Of a stretch of 64,000 nt of DNA, positions 12,286-25,957 are shown piece after piece (position 1 is the first letter of the stretch; the number at the start of each line of letters is the position of its first letter). The stretch covers positions 25,048,001 to 25,112,000 of the forward strand of contig OX597841.1 of NCBI GenBank assembly GCA_951406725.2, given 5' to 3'. The position numbers were made by a program, and so were the translations under genes. The stretch comes from Octopus vulgaris (lineage: Eukaryota). The notes under the pieces are model-generated. The model had not been told where the DNA came from. It searched no databases and saw only the letters and a program-made list of their open reading frames with translations.

Positions 12286-13965
12286 TTATTCAGCATGGAT
12301 ATTTGTCAGTGAACAGGTCGCGGTCTTATAGCGACGAAAATATTTTGACAAATTAAACTTAAATGTTGAAGTGAATCGAACGGCTTTTGTGTGTTTCTTA
12401 AATGGCTTACAAACACCTTCCACGCTGCAATTGTTTTCGTTCCAGCACACGATCTCAGATCAAATCACTTGCTATGCAAGTACATCTCCGTCAAGCGCAG
12501 TTTTCATGTTGGAAAATTCCAAAACCCTGCGCTACCAACACATGCATTCAACGAAACGCAGATACGATAGATTGATCAGGAGGCAAAGTCTCAATCAAAA
12601 TCAATGTGTGACCTGAGCGTCGACATGAGTAATGATGCATCTTTCCAGGTGCATATTACGAAGTTGACAATAATATGCAGACAGCTGGAGGGATGGATCT
12701 TTAGAGCTTTCAGAATGAAGGAACAGGAAGTCTTGATGTTCTTGTACAGGACTTTCGTCCCGAGCCCTTTGAATTACTGCTCCCAAATACAGTCCCCACA
12801 CAGTGTAAAATTAACAACGGAACTCGAAGCAATCCAGCGAAGCTACACAAAAAGATCGTCTCAATGCGACATGTCAGCTACTGAGAGAGACTGAATAAAG
12901 TGAAGACTACTCTCTAGAATGGAGGCGGAAAAGATACGCGGTAAAATAGATTTGGAAAAATCTGGAAGAACTTGTAGCAAACTTTGGCATTGTCAGTTAC
13001 TCAAACATCAGAAAGGGGCGCCACTGCATAATACCAAAAATCCCAACATTGCTATCAGGACACAGGACCCCATATACTGCAGCAGCTTGTACTTCAAGGG
13101 ACCACAGCTCTTTAATATCTTCCCACAAAGCCTGAGAGACCTACATGGGCGATGAAGCAATGGGCCATATGCAATGTTTCGTGTAGCACGGGCACTTCAA
13201 TGTGGGAAGAATGTTCCTGGAAGATGATGAGCGATCTGGAAGAACTGTCACGAGCGTCACTCTCGGAAATGTGGTATTGTGCATCGAGAATTTCCTTTCG
13301 CAGTGCCAGACCGTCAATCGAGAGTTCTACTGTGGCGTTTTGGAGCGTTTCAAGGAGGACGTCATTCGGCGTAAGCGACCGGATCTGTGCGATGAATTGG
13401 ATTCTTCACCGAGTTCTCCTTACACATGAATTTCTCGACAAAAACAACATGGTATCACTTCTGCACCCGTTCTGTTCGCTAGATTTAGCACCTGCGGACT
13501 TCCATTTCTTCCCAATGATGAAACTGCAGCCTAAAAGTCACCATTTTAACACCCTTGTCGAAATCCAAAGCGAATCGTAGAAGGTCCACGCCTCGCTTAC
13601 AGAAAACGACCTCAACGCTGGATTCCAAGAGACAGGTACGTTGGGAGCGGCGTATTGCTGCAAAAAGAGATAATTTCGATGGCGAGGATGTTAAAACAGG
13701 TAAATAAGTTTTTTTTTATTATTGAACATAATCAGTCCACTAATTTTTAAATAACCAACACCTAGGGGTTCTTCAAACCAAAATTGGATATTCTGTCAAG
13801 AGTTGCGGACGAAGCTACCTCACGGCATCTACCAAATGCCACATATCAGAGAAAGTTTAGTGAATGTGTTGCAAAGCAAACAGCAGTGCACCAGCATGGC
13901 CACAACTCTCAAGTTGAAACTAGACAAGAAAAAAATATGTATTTATATATGTGTGTATGTATGTA

Positions 13966-14013
<48 letters not shown>

Positions 14014-14424
14014 CAGTCCTAGTGTAGTTGTATGACCTGTTGTTTTATTGTATCGATCTCTACGAAACGTCATACTGGCAGGTTGTTTCAAATCAATACA
14101 GATGTCATGATCTCAAATGGAAATTTAAACAAACCCGTAATTGAATAGTCTCGGGTCAGATTACATTATTAGATTTTCAAATTTAACATCTCAATACAAA
14201 TACGTTCCGTCATTGTTTAGGACGTTAGAATGTATTTTGGCTGCATTTTATCGCCGGTGTATTGGCTCATAATTTTTTGTTGTATGTCTTTATAAATCCT
14301 AGTTACTAACGAAACATTTTGTCAACTGTGCTTCAACTGTCAACTAGTTCACTGCCTCATTCAAGAAATACTTACTGCTACATGAATAACTACTTGAAAC
14401 TGTTCACATCACACCAAATAAGGA

Positions 14425-15368
14425 ATGGACACCTACCGCAAGATATTTTTCCTCTTTGTCATATTCATAGTAGTATGCATTTCTTTTTACATTTCTCAAT
14501 TTGAATATAATCTCAAGAACGTACAAAACATTTGGAATTTGACTTCAACAACTAAGCAGTATGTTTCCTACACAAGGAATACCTCTCGATTGTTTCCAGG
14601 TAATCAGCCTGAAAACGATCGTATCGAATCTCAAATGAAATATGTCCTACCAGGAGAGGAAAAATGGGAAAATTATGAACGGAATAGGCACCAAAATCAG
14701 TCAGACTCTGATCGAAATGTAAAGTTAAAGCCAAATAGACCAAAGTTTAAAACGTTGTTAATATACAGTTTAAAATATCTGCAACCATTGAAGGGAAATC
14801 AAACGAGTTTCCTGGAATATAAATGTCCAGTTAATGAATGTTTAGTCACAAACAACAAAGCAATGCAAAATAGTGTAGATGCTATTTTCTTTTATGAGAG
14901 AGTGGGACTATTACAGAAACAAAACCACACGAACGAAATATGGATTTACACGACACATGAGTGTCCTTTTTTCAACCCATCAGTGAAACACCTGGGAAAC
15001 AAAATCAACTGGACGATTACTTATAAGCAGGACAGTACGATTGTATATCCTTACGGAAAATTTCGATATTTTAACAAGTCAGTAAGACAAAAAGTACAAT
15101 TTCAAAATTATGCAGCGGGAAAAACAAAGAAGGTTGCTTGGTTCGTATCGAACTGTCGTCCAAGCAACAATCGAATGGGTTATGCTAAGGAGCTCGGAAA
15201 ATATATCCAAGTAGATATTTACGGTAGATGTGGTACAAAAATTTGCACGAGAAGGAATGAAAATAAATGCTTTGAGATATTAAAAAAGGAATACAAATTT
15301 TATTTGGCATTCGAAAATTCCAATTGTAGAGATTATATTACTGAAAAATTCTTCATTAATGGTTTGAA
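14425..15368 (+). CDS. FucTA: Alpha-1,3-fucosyltransferase large coding exon, copy V3 (protein identical to V2)
   Basis: Intact ORF, translation identical to V2, donor intact. Confidence 0.9.
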
Positions 15369-16208
15369 GTAAGTACTTGAATTTTGAATCTGTGTGTCTT
15401 TGTATTTGAATTAATGAGATTAAGTAGTGCTTTTCGAATGGCTCTCATTCTTCAGAGTTGGTTAATTCCCTATAGTTAATGTATTTCAATGAAACTCTAG
15501 CAACGATGTGTGTACGCTTTGTGGGTATGCTTTAGCATGTACGTACAAAAATGAGGGTCGCATGTTACATTTGTCCTCCTGTATACATCGGTAAGGCTTC
15601 CTGCAGTCATATATGTATACTTCATTATCTGTTCTACCTATATAATGTCTTGTTTGTTTCTGTGTAGGCGCACATTCGCTGGCATCTTCCCAGTAGCTAG
15701 TTCTTCAGTCTAGTTTTTCTAATTGATTTTGTCTTTTTATAAGGAGTAATTTTCTCCCTCTAGTTATCAATTCTGGTATTATTCCTCCATTAAGCTGATC
15801 GTAAAGTTCTCTCCTCAGTTCACTCCGCAGGAGTGGCTGTGTGGTAAGTAGCTTGCTTACCAACCACATAGTTCCGGGTTCAGTCCCACTGCGTGGCATC
15901 TTGGGCAAACGTCTTCTGCTATAGCCTCAGGCCGACCAATGCCTTGTGAGTGGATTTGGTAGACCGAAACTGAAAGAAGATTTTCGTATATAGGTATATA
16001 TATATGTATGTATGTGTATATGTTTGTACCCCCAACATCGCTTGACAACCGATGCTGGTGTGTTTACGTCCTCGTAACTTAGCGGTTCGGCAAAAGAGAC
16101 CGATAGAATAAGTACTGGGCTTACAAACAATAAGTCCCGGGGTCGATTTGTTCGACTAAAGGCGGTGCTCTAGCATGGCCGCAGTCAAATGACTGAAACA
16201 AGTAAAAG

Positions 16209-16300
<92 letters not shown>

Positions 16301-17454
16301 CTTGTAAGCTGCTAAACTTATTTAACCAATACCCTTGAACGAAATCTGGTCCTGAGCCCTTTCGATTCGGCATTTTCGTCTTAGATCTGTCTGCTTCTCA
16401 CTCACTACTTCTTCCTCCACTTTCTTCAATCATGTTGCATCTTCATTATGATTGACTGGATTATACTAAATTTTACTCCAGCACTTACTTCTGCACTAGG
16501 CTTCTCATCTTTGGTACTTTATAAAAATCTCCTGTGGTCTGTCTCAAAGAGTCTGTTCTGCGGATATTGAACCATCCTTTTCTGATATCCGAAAAGCTTA
16601 CCTGCTACCAGTATCTTCTCAAGAGAAGTCTTAAATCATGTGTTTCTTAACTTTTTCAGTTTCCAGGCTTCTATTCTACCCAGATCTTGTTTTTAAAGTC
16701 TTCACTTTACCTTTAATAATGAGCCAAACAAATCATAAGCTATCATAAATTTTCTGTGAAGAGTGGAGTCGAGTTAAAGGCATCCGAACGTGCGACATAA
16801 CAGTGCCGACGAGGATTTCGCAGCTCACGCAGCGATCGTGTAGTATTGCGACATAACAGTATGATATGTCAGAAGCTGCGCAGTGTTGGCATATTTGGAA
16901 AACTTGGAGAATGGTTACATGACTTCTTAAGATATAAATCAGGGGAGAAGTGGGCAACGGGGGATCTCCATGGAAACACAAAAATGAGTGTTGTTTCACA
17001 GGGCATTATCTTGGGGTAGCTGATATTTATAGTGGCCCTCTCAGACATGCACTCAGCTAATCGGGTAGCCACGCTTGCTAGCAATGCAGATGATACAAAA
17101 GTCTCTCAGAGGACACGGAACCAGGAGAGGTTGCGCATCTGCGACGGGAGTTGGACACAATGTACAGGTGGGATGAGGAAAATAAAACGCAGTTTCTAAG
17201 CCATTTAAGAAACACACAAAAGCCGTTCGATTCACTTCAACATTTAAGTTTAATTTGTCAAAATATTTTCGTCGTTTTAAGACCGCGACCTGTTCATTGA
17301 CAAAAATCCGTGCTGCCATTTTTGTCAGTGAACAGGTCGCGGTCTTATAGCGACGAAAATATTTTGACAAATTAAACTTAAATGTTGAAGTGAATCGAAC
17401 GGCTTTTGTGTGTTTCTTAAATGGCTTACAAACACCTTCCACGCTGCAATTCCT

Positions 17455-17494
<40 letters not shown>

Positions 17495-19174
17495 TTATTC
17501 AGCATGGATATTTGTCAGTGAACAGGTCGCGGTCTTATAGCGACGAAAATATTTTGACAAATTAAACTTAAATGTTGAAGTGAATCGAACGGCTTTTGTG
17601 TGTTTCTTAAATGGCTTACAAACACCTTCCACGCTGCAATTGTTTTCGTTCCAGCACACGATCTCAGATCAAATCACTTGCTATGCAAGTACATCTCCGT
17701 CAAGCGCAGTTTTCATGTTGGAAAATTCCAAAACCCTGCGCTACCAACACATGCATTCAACGAAACGCAGATACGATAGATTGATCAGGAGGCAAAGTCT
17801 CAATCAAAATCAATGTGTGACCTGAGCGTCGACATGAGTAATGATGCATCTTTCCAGGTGCATATTACGAAGTTGACAATAATATGCAGACAGCTGGAGG
17901 GATGGATCTTTAGAGCTTTCAGAATGAAGGAACAGGAAGTCTTGATGTTCTTGTACAGGACTTTCGTCCCGAGCCCTTTGAATTACTGCTCCCAAATACA
18001 GTCCCCACACAGTGTAAAATTAACAACGGAACTCGAAGCAATCCAGCGAAGCTACACAAAAAGATCGTCTCAATGCGACATGTCAGCTACTGAGAGAGAC
18101 TGAATAAAGTGAAGACTACTCTCTAGAATGGAGGCGGAAAAGATACGCGGTAAAATAGATTTGGAAAAATCTGGAAGAACTTGTAGCAAACTTTGGCATT
18201 GTCAGTTACTCAAACATCAGAAAGGGGCGCCACTGCATAATACCAAAAATCCCAACATTGCTATCAGGACACAGGACCCCATATACTGCAGCAGCTTGTA
18301 CTTCAAGGGACCACAGCTCTTTAATATCTTCCCACAAAGCCTGAGAGACCTACATGGGCGATGAAGCAATGGGCCATATGCAATGTTTCGTGTAGCACGG
18401 GCACTTCAATGTGGGAAGAATGTTCCTGGAAGATGATGAGCGATCTGGAAGAACTGTCACGAGCGTCACTCTCGGAAATGTGGTATTGTGCATCGAGAAT
18501 TTCCTTTCGCAGTGCCAGACCGTCAATCGAGAGTTCTACTGTGGCGTTTTGGAGCGTTTCAAGGAGGACGACATTCGGCGTAAGCGACCGGATCTGTGCG
18601 ATGAATTGGATTCTTCACCGAGTTCTCCTTACACATGAATTTCTCGACAAAAACAACATGGTATCACTTCTGCACCCGTTCTGTTCGCTAGATTTAGCAC
18701 CTGCGGACTTCCATTTCTTCCCAATGATGAAACTGCAGCCTAAAAGTCACCATTTTAACACCCTTGTCGAAATCCAAAGCGAATCGTAGAAGGTCCACGC
18801 CTCGCTTACAGAAAACGACCTCAACGCTGGATTCCAAGAGACAGGTACGTTGGGAGCGGCGTATTGCTGCAAAAAGAGATAATTTCGATGGCGAGGATGT
18901 TAAAACAGGTAAATAAGTTTTTTTTTATTATTGAACATAATCAGTCCACTAATTTTTAAATAACCAACACCTAGGGGTTCTTCAAACCAAAATTGGATAT
19001 TCTGTCAAGAGTTGCGGACGAAGCTACCTCACGGCATCTACCAAATGCCACATATCAGAGAAAGTTTAGTGAATGTGTTGCAAAGCAAACAGCAGTGCAC
19101 CAGCATGGCCACAACTCTCAAGTTGAAACTAGACAAGAAAAAAATATGTATTTATATATGTGTGTATGTATGTA

Positions 19175-19226
<52 letters not shown>

Positions 19227-19637
19227 CAGTCCTAGTGTAGTTGTATGACCTGTTGTTTTATTGTATCGATCTCTACGAAACGTCATACTGGCAGGTTGTT
19301 TCAAATCAATACAGATGTCATGATCTCAAATGGAAATTTAAACAAACCCGTAATTGAATAGTCTCGGGTCAGATTACATTATTAGATTTTCAAATTTAAC
19401 ATCTCAATACAAATACGTTCCGTCATTGTTTAGGACGTTAGAATGTATTTTGGCTGCATTTTATCGCCGGTGTGTTGGCTCATAATTTTTTGTTGTATGT
19501 CTTTATAAATCCTAGTTACTAACGAAACATTTTGTCAACTGTGCTTCAACTGTCAACTAGTTCACTGCCTCATTCAAGAAATACTTACTGCTACATGAAT
19601 AACTACTTGAAACTGTTCACATCACACCAAATAAGGA

Positions 19638-20580
19638 ATGGACACCTACCGCAAGATATTTTCAGTTTTTGTCATATTCATAGTAGTATGCATTTCTTTT
19701 TATATTTCTCAATTTGAATATAATCTCAAGAACCTACAAAACATTTGGAATTTGACTTCAACAACTAAGCAGTATGTTTCCTACACAAGGAATACCTCTC
19801 GATTGTTTCCAGGTAATCAGCCTGAAAACGATCGTATCGAATCTCAAATGAAATATGTCCTACCAGGAGAGGAAAAATGGGAAAATTATGAACGGAATAG
19901 GCACCAAAATCAGTCAGACTCTGATCGAAATGTAAAGTTAAAGCCAAATAGACCAAAGTTTAAAACGTTGTTAATATACAGTTTAAAATATCTGCAACCA
20001 TTGAAGGAAATCAAACGAGTTTCCTGGAATATAAATGTCCAGTTAATGAATGTTTAGTCACAAACAACAAAGCAATGCAAAATAGTGTAGATGCTATTTT
20101 CTTTTATGAGAGAGTGGGACTATCACAGAAACAAAACCACACGAACGAAATATGGATTTACACGACACATGAGTGTCCTTTTTTCAACCCATCAGTGAAA
20201 CACCTGGGAAACAAAATCAACTGGACGATTACTTATAAGCAGGACAGTACGATTGTATATCCTTACGGAAAATTTCGATATTTTAACAAGTCAGTAAGAC
20301 AAAAAGTACAATTTCAAAATTATGCAGCGGGAAAAACAAAGAAGGTTGCTTGGTTCGTATCGAACTGTGGTCCAAGCAACAATCGCATGGGTTATGCTAA
20401 GGAGCTCGGAAAATATATCCAAGTGGATATTTACGGTAGATGTGGTACAAAAATTTGCACGAGAAGGAATGAAAATAAATGCTTTGAGATATTAAAAAAG
20501 GAATACAAATTTCATTTGGCATTCGAAAATTCCAATTGTAGAGATTATATTACTGAAAAATTCTTCATTAATGGTTTGAA
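19638..20580 (+). pseudogene. FucTA: Alpha-1,3-fucosyltransferase large coding exon, copy V4, with 1-bp deletion (true lesion or sequencing error)
   Basis: Split into ORFs 19638-20057 and 20075-20584. TTGAAGGAAATC at 20001-20012 is one base shorter than V1 (TTGAAGGAAAATC) and V2 (TTGAAGGGAAATC). Motif reads YKFHLAFENS; donor intact. Confidence 0.75.
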
Positions 20581-21432
20581 GTAAGTACTTGAATTTTAAA
20601 TCCGTGTGTCTTTGTATTTGAATTAATGAGATTAAGTAGTGCTTTTCGAATGGCTCTCATTCTTCAGAGTTGGTTAATTCCTTATAGTTAATGTTATTTC
20701 AATGAAACTCTAGCAACGATGTGTGTACGCTTTGTGGGTATGCTTTAGCATGTACGTACAACAATGAGGGTCGCATGTTACATTTGTCCTCCTGTATACA
20801 TCCGTAAGACTTCCTGCAGTCATATATGTATACTTCATTATCTGTTCTATCTATATAATGTCTTGTTTGTTTCTGTGTAGGCGCACATTCGCTGGCATCT
20901 TCCCAGTAGCTAGTTCTTCAGTCTAGCTTTTCTAATTGATTTTGTCTTTTTATAAGGAGTAATTTTTTCCCTCTGGTTATCAATTCTGGTATTATTCCTC
21001 CATTAAGCTGATCGTAAAGTTCTCTCCTCAGTTCACTCCGCAGGAGTGGCTGTGTGGTAAGTAGCTTGCTTACCAACCACATAGTTCCGGGTTCAGTCCC
21101 ACTGCGTGGCATCTTGTGCAAGTGTCTTCTGCTATAGCCTCGGGCCGACCAATGCCTTGTGAGTGGATTTTGAAGACGGAAACTGAAAGAAGCCTGTTGT
21201 ATATAGGTATATATATATATGTATGTGTGTGTATATGTTTGTGTGTCTGTGTTTGTCCCCCCAACATCGGTTGACAACCGATGATGGTGTGTTTACGTCC
21301 TCCGTAGCTTAGCGGTTCGGCAAAAGAGACCGATAGTACTGGGCTTACAAAGAATAAGTCCCGGGGTCGATTTGTTCGACTAAAGGCGGTGCTCCAGCAT
21401 GGCCGTAGTCAAATGACTGAAACAAGTAAAAG

Positions 21433-21484
<52 letters not shown>

Positions 21485-22045
21485 ATTATATGTAAGCTTC
21501 TAAATTTATTTAACCAATACCCTTGAACGAAATCTGGTCCTGAGCCCTTTCGATTCGGCATTTTCCCCATCACTTCACTCATTAGTCTTAGATCTGTCTG
21601 CTTCTCACTCATTACTTCTTCCTCCACTTTCTTCAATCATGTTGCATCTTCATTATGATTGACTGGATTATACTAAATTTTACTCCAGCACTTACTTCTG
21701 CACTAGGCTTCTCATCTTTGGTACTTTATAAAAATATCCAGTGGTCTGTCTCAAAGAGTCTGTTCTGCGGATATTGATCCATCCTTTTCTGATATCTTAA
21801 AAGCTTACCTGCTACCACTATCTTCTGACTTAAATCATGTGTTTCTTAACTTTTTCAGTTTCCAGGCTTCTATTCTACCCAGATCTTGTTTTAAAGTCTT
21901 CACTTTACCTTTAATAATGAGCCAAACAAATCATAAGCTATCATAACTTTATATATAATTTGCTTGCATGAATCATTATTTCTCATTCCAATATTATTTC
22001 TGGCAGCTGTATTTTCGTTTTCTTTTTTACTTTTGTCTATTGCAG

Positions 22046-22367
22046 ATATAATGTTATTCCAATTGTAATGGGTGCCCATCCTGATGACTATCGTGAAGTA
22101 GCACCCGAGAATTCGTACATCCACTACGAGGATTTCAAATCCCCAAAAGAATTGGCAGATTATCTGCATAAACTTGATAAAAATGATACTCTTTACAATG
22201 AGTATTTCAAATGGAAAGGAACAGGAGAATTTATTGATACCAAATTTTGGTGCCGTGTTTGTGCGATGCTACACGCTGCCGATTATTACAAGCCGACATG
22301 GTATGAGAACATATGGGAATGGTGGGGAGGAAAGGGTCAGTGTATTGGAAAGGACCGGTGGACATAA
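22046..22367 (+). CDS. FucTA: Alpha-1,3-fucosyltransferase C-terminal (constant) coding exon
   Basis: Polypyrimidine tract and TGCAG| acceptor (AG at 22044-22045). A phase-2 join gives ...FFINGLK-YNVIPIVMGAHPDDY...SYIHYEDFKSPKELADYL...YNEYFKWK...WCRVC, a 421-aa spliced product. Confidence 0.95.
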
Positions 22368-23309
22368 AACATAGGATATTGTGATATAATGTCCATGATG
22401 TAGTCATTGAGCGGGATGAAACATATTGAGGGAGAGATTGAGAGAGATTGAGAGCAGGCGGGAAAGGTAGGGAAGAGGTAAGAGAACTTGAAAACTGCAA
22501 ATTCTCACGAAAATAAGAAAACCCTTTAAAATTATTAAAAATTTTCGGCAAAGTTTTGTCATCATTAAATTCAATGTTGTCCCCTTTTTGGGTAATCTTT
22601 CCTTTCGGACTGTTTTTACTTCTACAACCGTATTCAAACAAACATATTGAACAGTGTTTATTTTTCTTTTCGTGAATTCTTTTCCATCGTCACATGATTT
22701 TTATTTCTTTATGTGTGTCACGTTACAGAGTTGTGCTTATATAAATATGTTGAAATGTAGGGATCATCTATGTAGGTATGTTGCAATATATGTAATGTTT
22801 AAAATATTTATTAAAGAAAAAAAAAACTTCTACACAATCTTGCCTCATTCAGTAACTCAACTTTTCCAATATATCGTACGCTACTTTTCTATGTGTAGTA
22901 ATGGCTCATGTCCGATTCTTGGACCATCAACAGCTCTTGCCATTGTGTATATTTGCATGTCATTATTTAGTTTTATTTCAGGATTTCGTGCCAATGAGAA
23001 AGAGCAGGTCTCTAGATCCAAAGCTCCTTCTTTGGAACTTCAACATCAGAGTATTTTCGCATGTATGTGTATATATGTGCAGTATTTGGTGTTATTACAT
23101 GTTCAGGTTTGTATCATCTGTTTCACTTATGTATTCTCATGCTTATATTTGCATGTCTAGACATGTGTGTATACAGGTCGTCGTCGACTTACAACCACAA
23201 CTGGTCCGAACTGACTGATCGTAAGTCGGCCTAGAGGTCTACATAGCTTTGTTTTATATTTTTACATTCTTAAGGTATATCCACAGGTAAAAGTCACACA
23301 CAGCATACT

Positions 23310-24905
23310 GGCGTTAGTAAAAATTTCGGAGTCTCAAGCAGTCGGCGTTAGTAAAAATTTCGGAGTCTCAAGCAGTCGGCGTTAGTAAAAATTTCAGAGT
23401 CTCAAGCAGTCGGCGTTAGTAAAAATTTCGGAGTCTCAAGCAGTCGGCGTTAGTAAAAATTTCGGAGTCTCAAGCAGTCGGCGTTAGTAAAAATTTCGGA
23501 GTCTCAAGCAGTCGGCGTTAGTAAAAATTTCGGAGTCTCAAGCAGTCGGCGTTAGTAAAAATTTCGGAGTCTCAAGCAGTCGGCGTTAGTAAAAATTTCG
23601 GAGTCTCAAGCAGTCGGCGTTAGTAAAAATTTCGGAGTCTCAAGCAGTCGGCGTTAGTAAAAATTTCGGAGTCTCAAGCAGTCGGCGTTAGTAAAAATTT
23701 CGGAGTCTCAAGCAGTCGGCGTTAGTAAAAATTTCGGAGTCTCAAGCAGTCGGCGTTAGTAAAAATTTCGGAGTCTCAAGCAGTCGGCGTTAGTAAAAAT
23801 TTCGGAGTCTCAAGCAGTCGGCGTTAGTAAAAATTTCGGAGTCTCAAGCAGTCGGCGTTAGTAAATATTTCGGAGTCTCAAGAGCAGTCGGCGTTAGTAA
23901 ATATTTCGGAGTCTCAAGCAGTCGGCGTTAGTAAAAATTTCGGAGTCTCAAGCAGTCGGCGTTAGTAAAAATTTCGGAGTCTCAAGCAGTCGGCGTTAGT
24001 AAAAATTTCAGGTCTCAAGCAGTCGGCGTTAGTAAAAATTTCGGAGTCTCAAGCAGTCGGCGTTAATAAAAATTTCGAGTCTCAAGCAGTCGGCGTTAGT
24101 AAAAATTTCGGAGTCTCAAGCAGTCGGCGTTAGTAAATATTTCGGAGTCTGAAGCAGTCGGCGTTAGTAAAAATTTCGGAGTCTCAAGCAGTCGGCGTTA
24201 GTAAATATTTCGGAGTCTCAAGCAGTCGGCGTTAGTAAAAATTTCGGAGTCTCAAGCAGTCGGCGTTAGTAAAAATTTCGGAGTCTCAAGCAGTCGGCGT
24301 TAGTAAAAATTTCGAGTCTCAAGCAGTCGGCGTTAGTAAAAATTTCGGAGTCTCAAGCAGTCGGCGTTAGTAAATATTTCGGAGTCTCAAGCAGTCGGCG
24401 TTAGTAAAAGTTTCGGAGTCTCAAGCAGTCGGCGTTAGTAAAAATTTCGGAGTCTCAAGCAGTCGGCGTTAGTAAAAATTTCGGTGTCTCAAGCAGTCGG
24501 CGTTAGTAAAAATTTCGGAGTCTCAAGCAGTTGGCGTTAGTAAAAATTTCGGAGTCTCAAGCAGTCGGCGTTAGTAAAAATTTCGAGTCTCAAGCAGTCG
24601 GCGTTAGTAAAAATTTCGGAGTCTCAAGCAGTCGGCGTTAGTATAAATTTCGGAGTCTCAAGCAGTCGGCGTTAGTAAAAATTTCGAGTCTCAAGCAGTC
24701 GGAGTTAGTAAAAATTTCGGAGTCTCAAGCAGTCGGCGTTAGTAAAAATTTCGGAGTCTCAAGCAGTCGGCGTTAGTAAAAATTTCGGAGTCTCAAGCAG
24801 TCGGCGTTAGTAAATATTTCGGAGTCTCAAGCAGTCGGCGCTAGTAAAAATTTCGGAGTCTCAAGCAGTCGGCGTTAGTAAAAATTTCGGAGTCTCAAGC
24901 AGTCG
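23310..24905 (+). repeat. 34-bp minisatellite, ~47 copies
   Basis: Unit GGCGTTAGTAAAAATTTCGGAGTCTCAAGCAGTC repeated head-to-tail with no spacers. Confidence 0.98.
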
Positions 24906-25151
24906 TCTTATAAACAAATACGAGGTTGCCTCGATGTCTCCGCCACAGGATAATCATCCAACACTTAAGATAATCACAGAGGCGATCGATAACCAAACCC
25001 AGGGGAAGCGTTTGTTAGCTGATATCACCCGTAGATAACTTAAATAACTTAGATAACTTAGACGGGTTAATTTCTAAGAAATTAAACCAATTACATTTCA
25101 ACCACACTATTCATCATTGCTGACGGGAGGTGGCGCGCCGATCATCATAAA

Positions 25152-25388
25152 AGCGGCGAGCTGGCAGAAACGTCAGCACGCCGGGCGAAATGCGTAGCCG
25201 TATTTCGTCTGCCGTCACGTTCTGAGTTCAAATCCCGCCGAGGTGGACTTTGTCTTTCATCCTTTCGGGGTCGATTAAATAAGTACCAGTTACGCACTGG
25301 GTCGATATAATCGACTTAATCCGTTTGTCTGTCCTTGTTTGTCCCCTCAGTGTTTAGCCCCTTGTAGGTAATAGAGAAATAAAAAAAA
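25152..25388 (+). mobile_element. tRNA-derived SINE, family C (also ~50215-50440, 61712-62129, fragment ~42480-42610)
   Basis: GGCGAGCTGGCAGAAACG head, GAGTTCAAATCCC box B, central CTTTCATCCTTTCGGGGTCGAT..A..AGTACCAG block, A-rich tail, flanked by ATC(A/G)TCATAAA direct repeats. Confidence 0.85.
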
Positions 25389-25446
25389 TCGTCATAAAGT
25401 TGATCGGTCGTAAGTCGGATAGGTCGTAAGTCGACGATGATCTGTA

Positions 25447-25827
25447 TCTCTCTTTATATAAACGGCAGTTTGTCTGTGCGTGTTTCTGTGTGTCTGTTTG
25501 CTTGTACCCTCACCCTGACCACGGCTTTCAACCGATTCTGATGAAACTTGACACACACATAGCCCAATGTCATAATTCAAAACTAACGCAGCGAAAATTT
25601 TGAAAAGTTCACCCAGTTCTGAAAAAAATCGATAAATTCGACATGGGGTCGAGAATCAGAAACACAAACCGCAAACTGTCTAGGGGACGCAACTCCACCT
25701 TTTTTTACTCAAAAAAAATTTACCATCATTTTTTTCCATTTTTTGCTATTTTGTGGCTATAACTCTCTAAAAATGCTTTATAGTTATTTCCCTTACAAAC
25801 CTGAGCAACGCCGGGCGATACTGCTAG
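25447..25827 (+). mobile_element. Non-autonomous Helitron-like element
   Basis: Starts A|TC and ends with the hairpin CCTGAGCAACGCCGGG followed by CTAG|T; no TSD; typical GTCTGT-rich 5' end. Confidence 0.7.
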
Positions 25828-25957
25828 TATGTAAATAAAAACTTCTGGAAAGTGTTACAGATTTTTACATTTCCAATTATGATTTAGATCTGTAAAATTC
25901 GAATCAGCTTTCTCCTCTGGTATAAAGAAGATTAATTTCACAAGATTGGTATTTAGG

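Larger units (their letters stand above)
23174..25444. mobile_element. Non-autonomous TA-targeting DNA transposon (pogo/Tigger-like ends) containing a minisatellite and a SINE
   Basis: TA|CAGGTCGTCGTCGACTTACAACC at left and GGTCGTAAGTCGACGATGATCTG|TA at right: 23-bp inverted termini with 3 mismatches and TA flanks. Confidence 0.75.

Noticed and set aside
23310-24905. 34-bp repeat array resembling a CRISPR array
   Set aside because: Repeats are contiguous with no unique spacers, there are no cas genes, and the context is eukaryotic.
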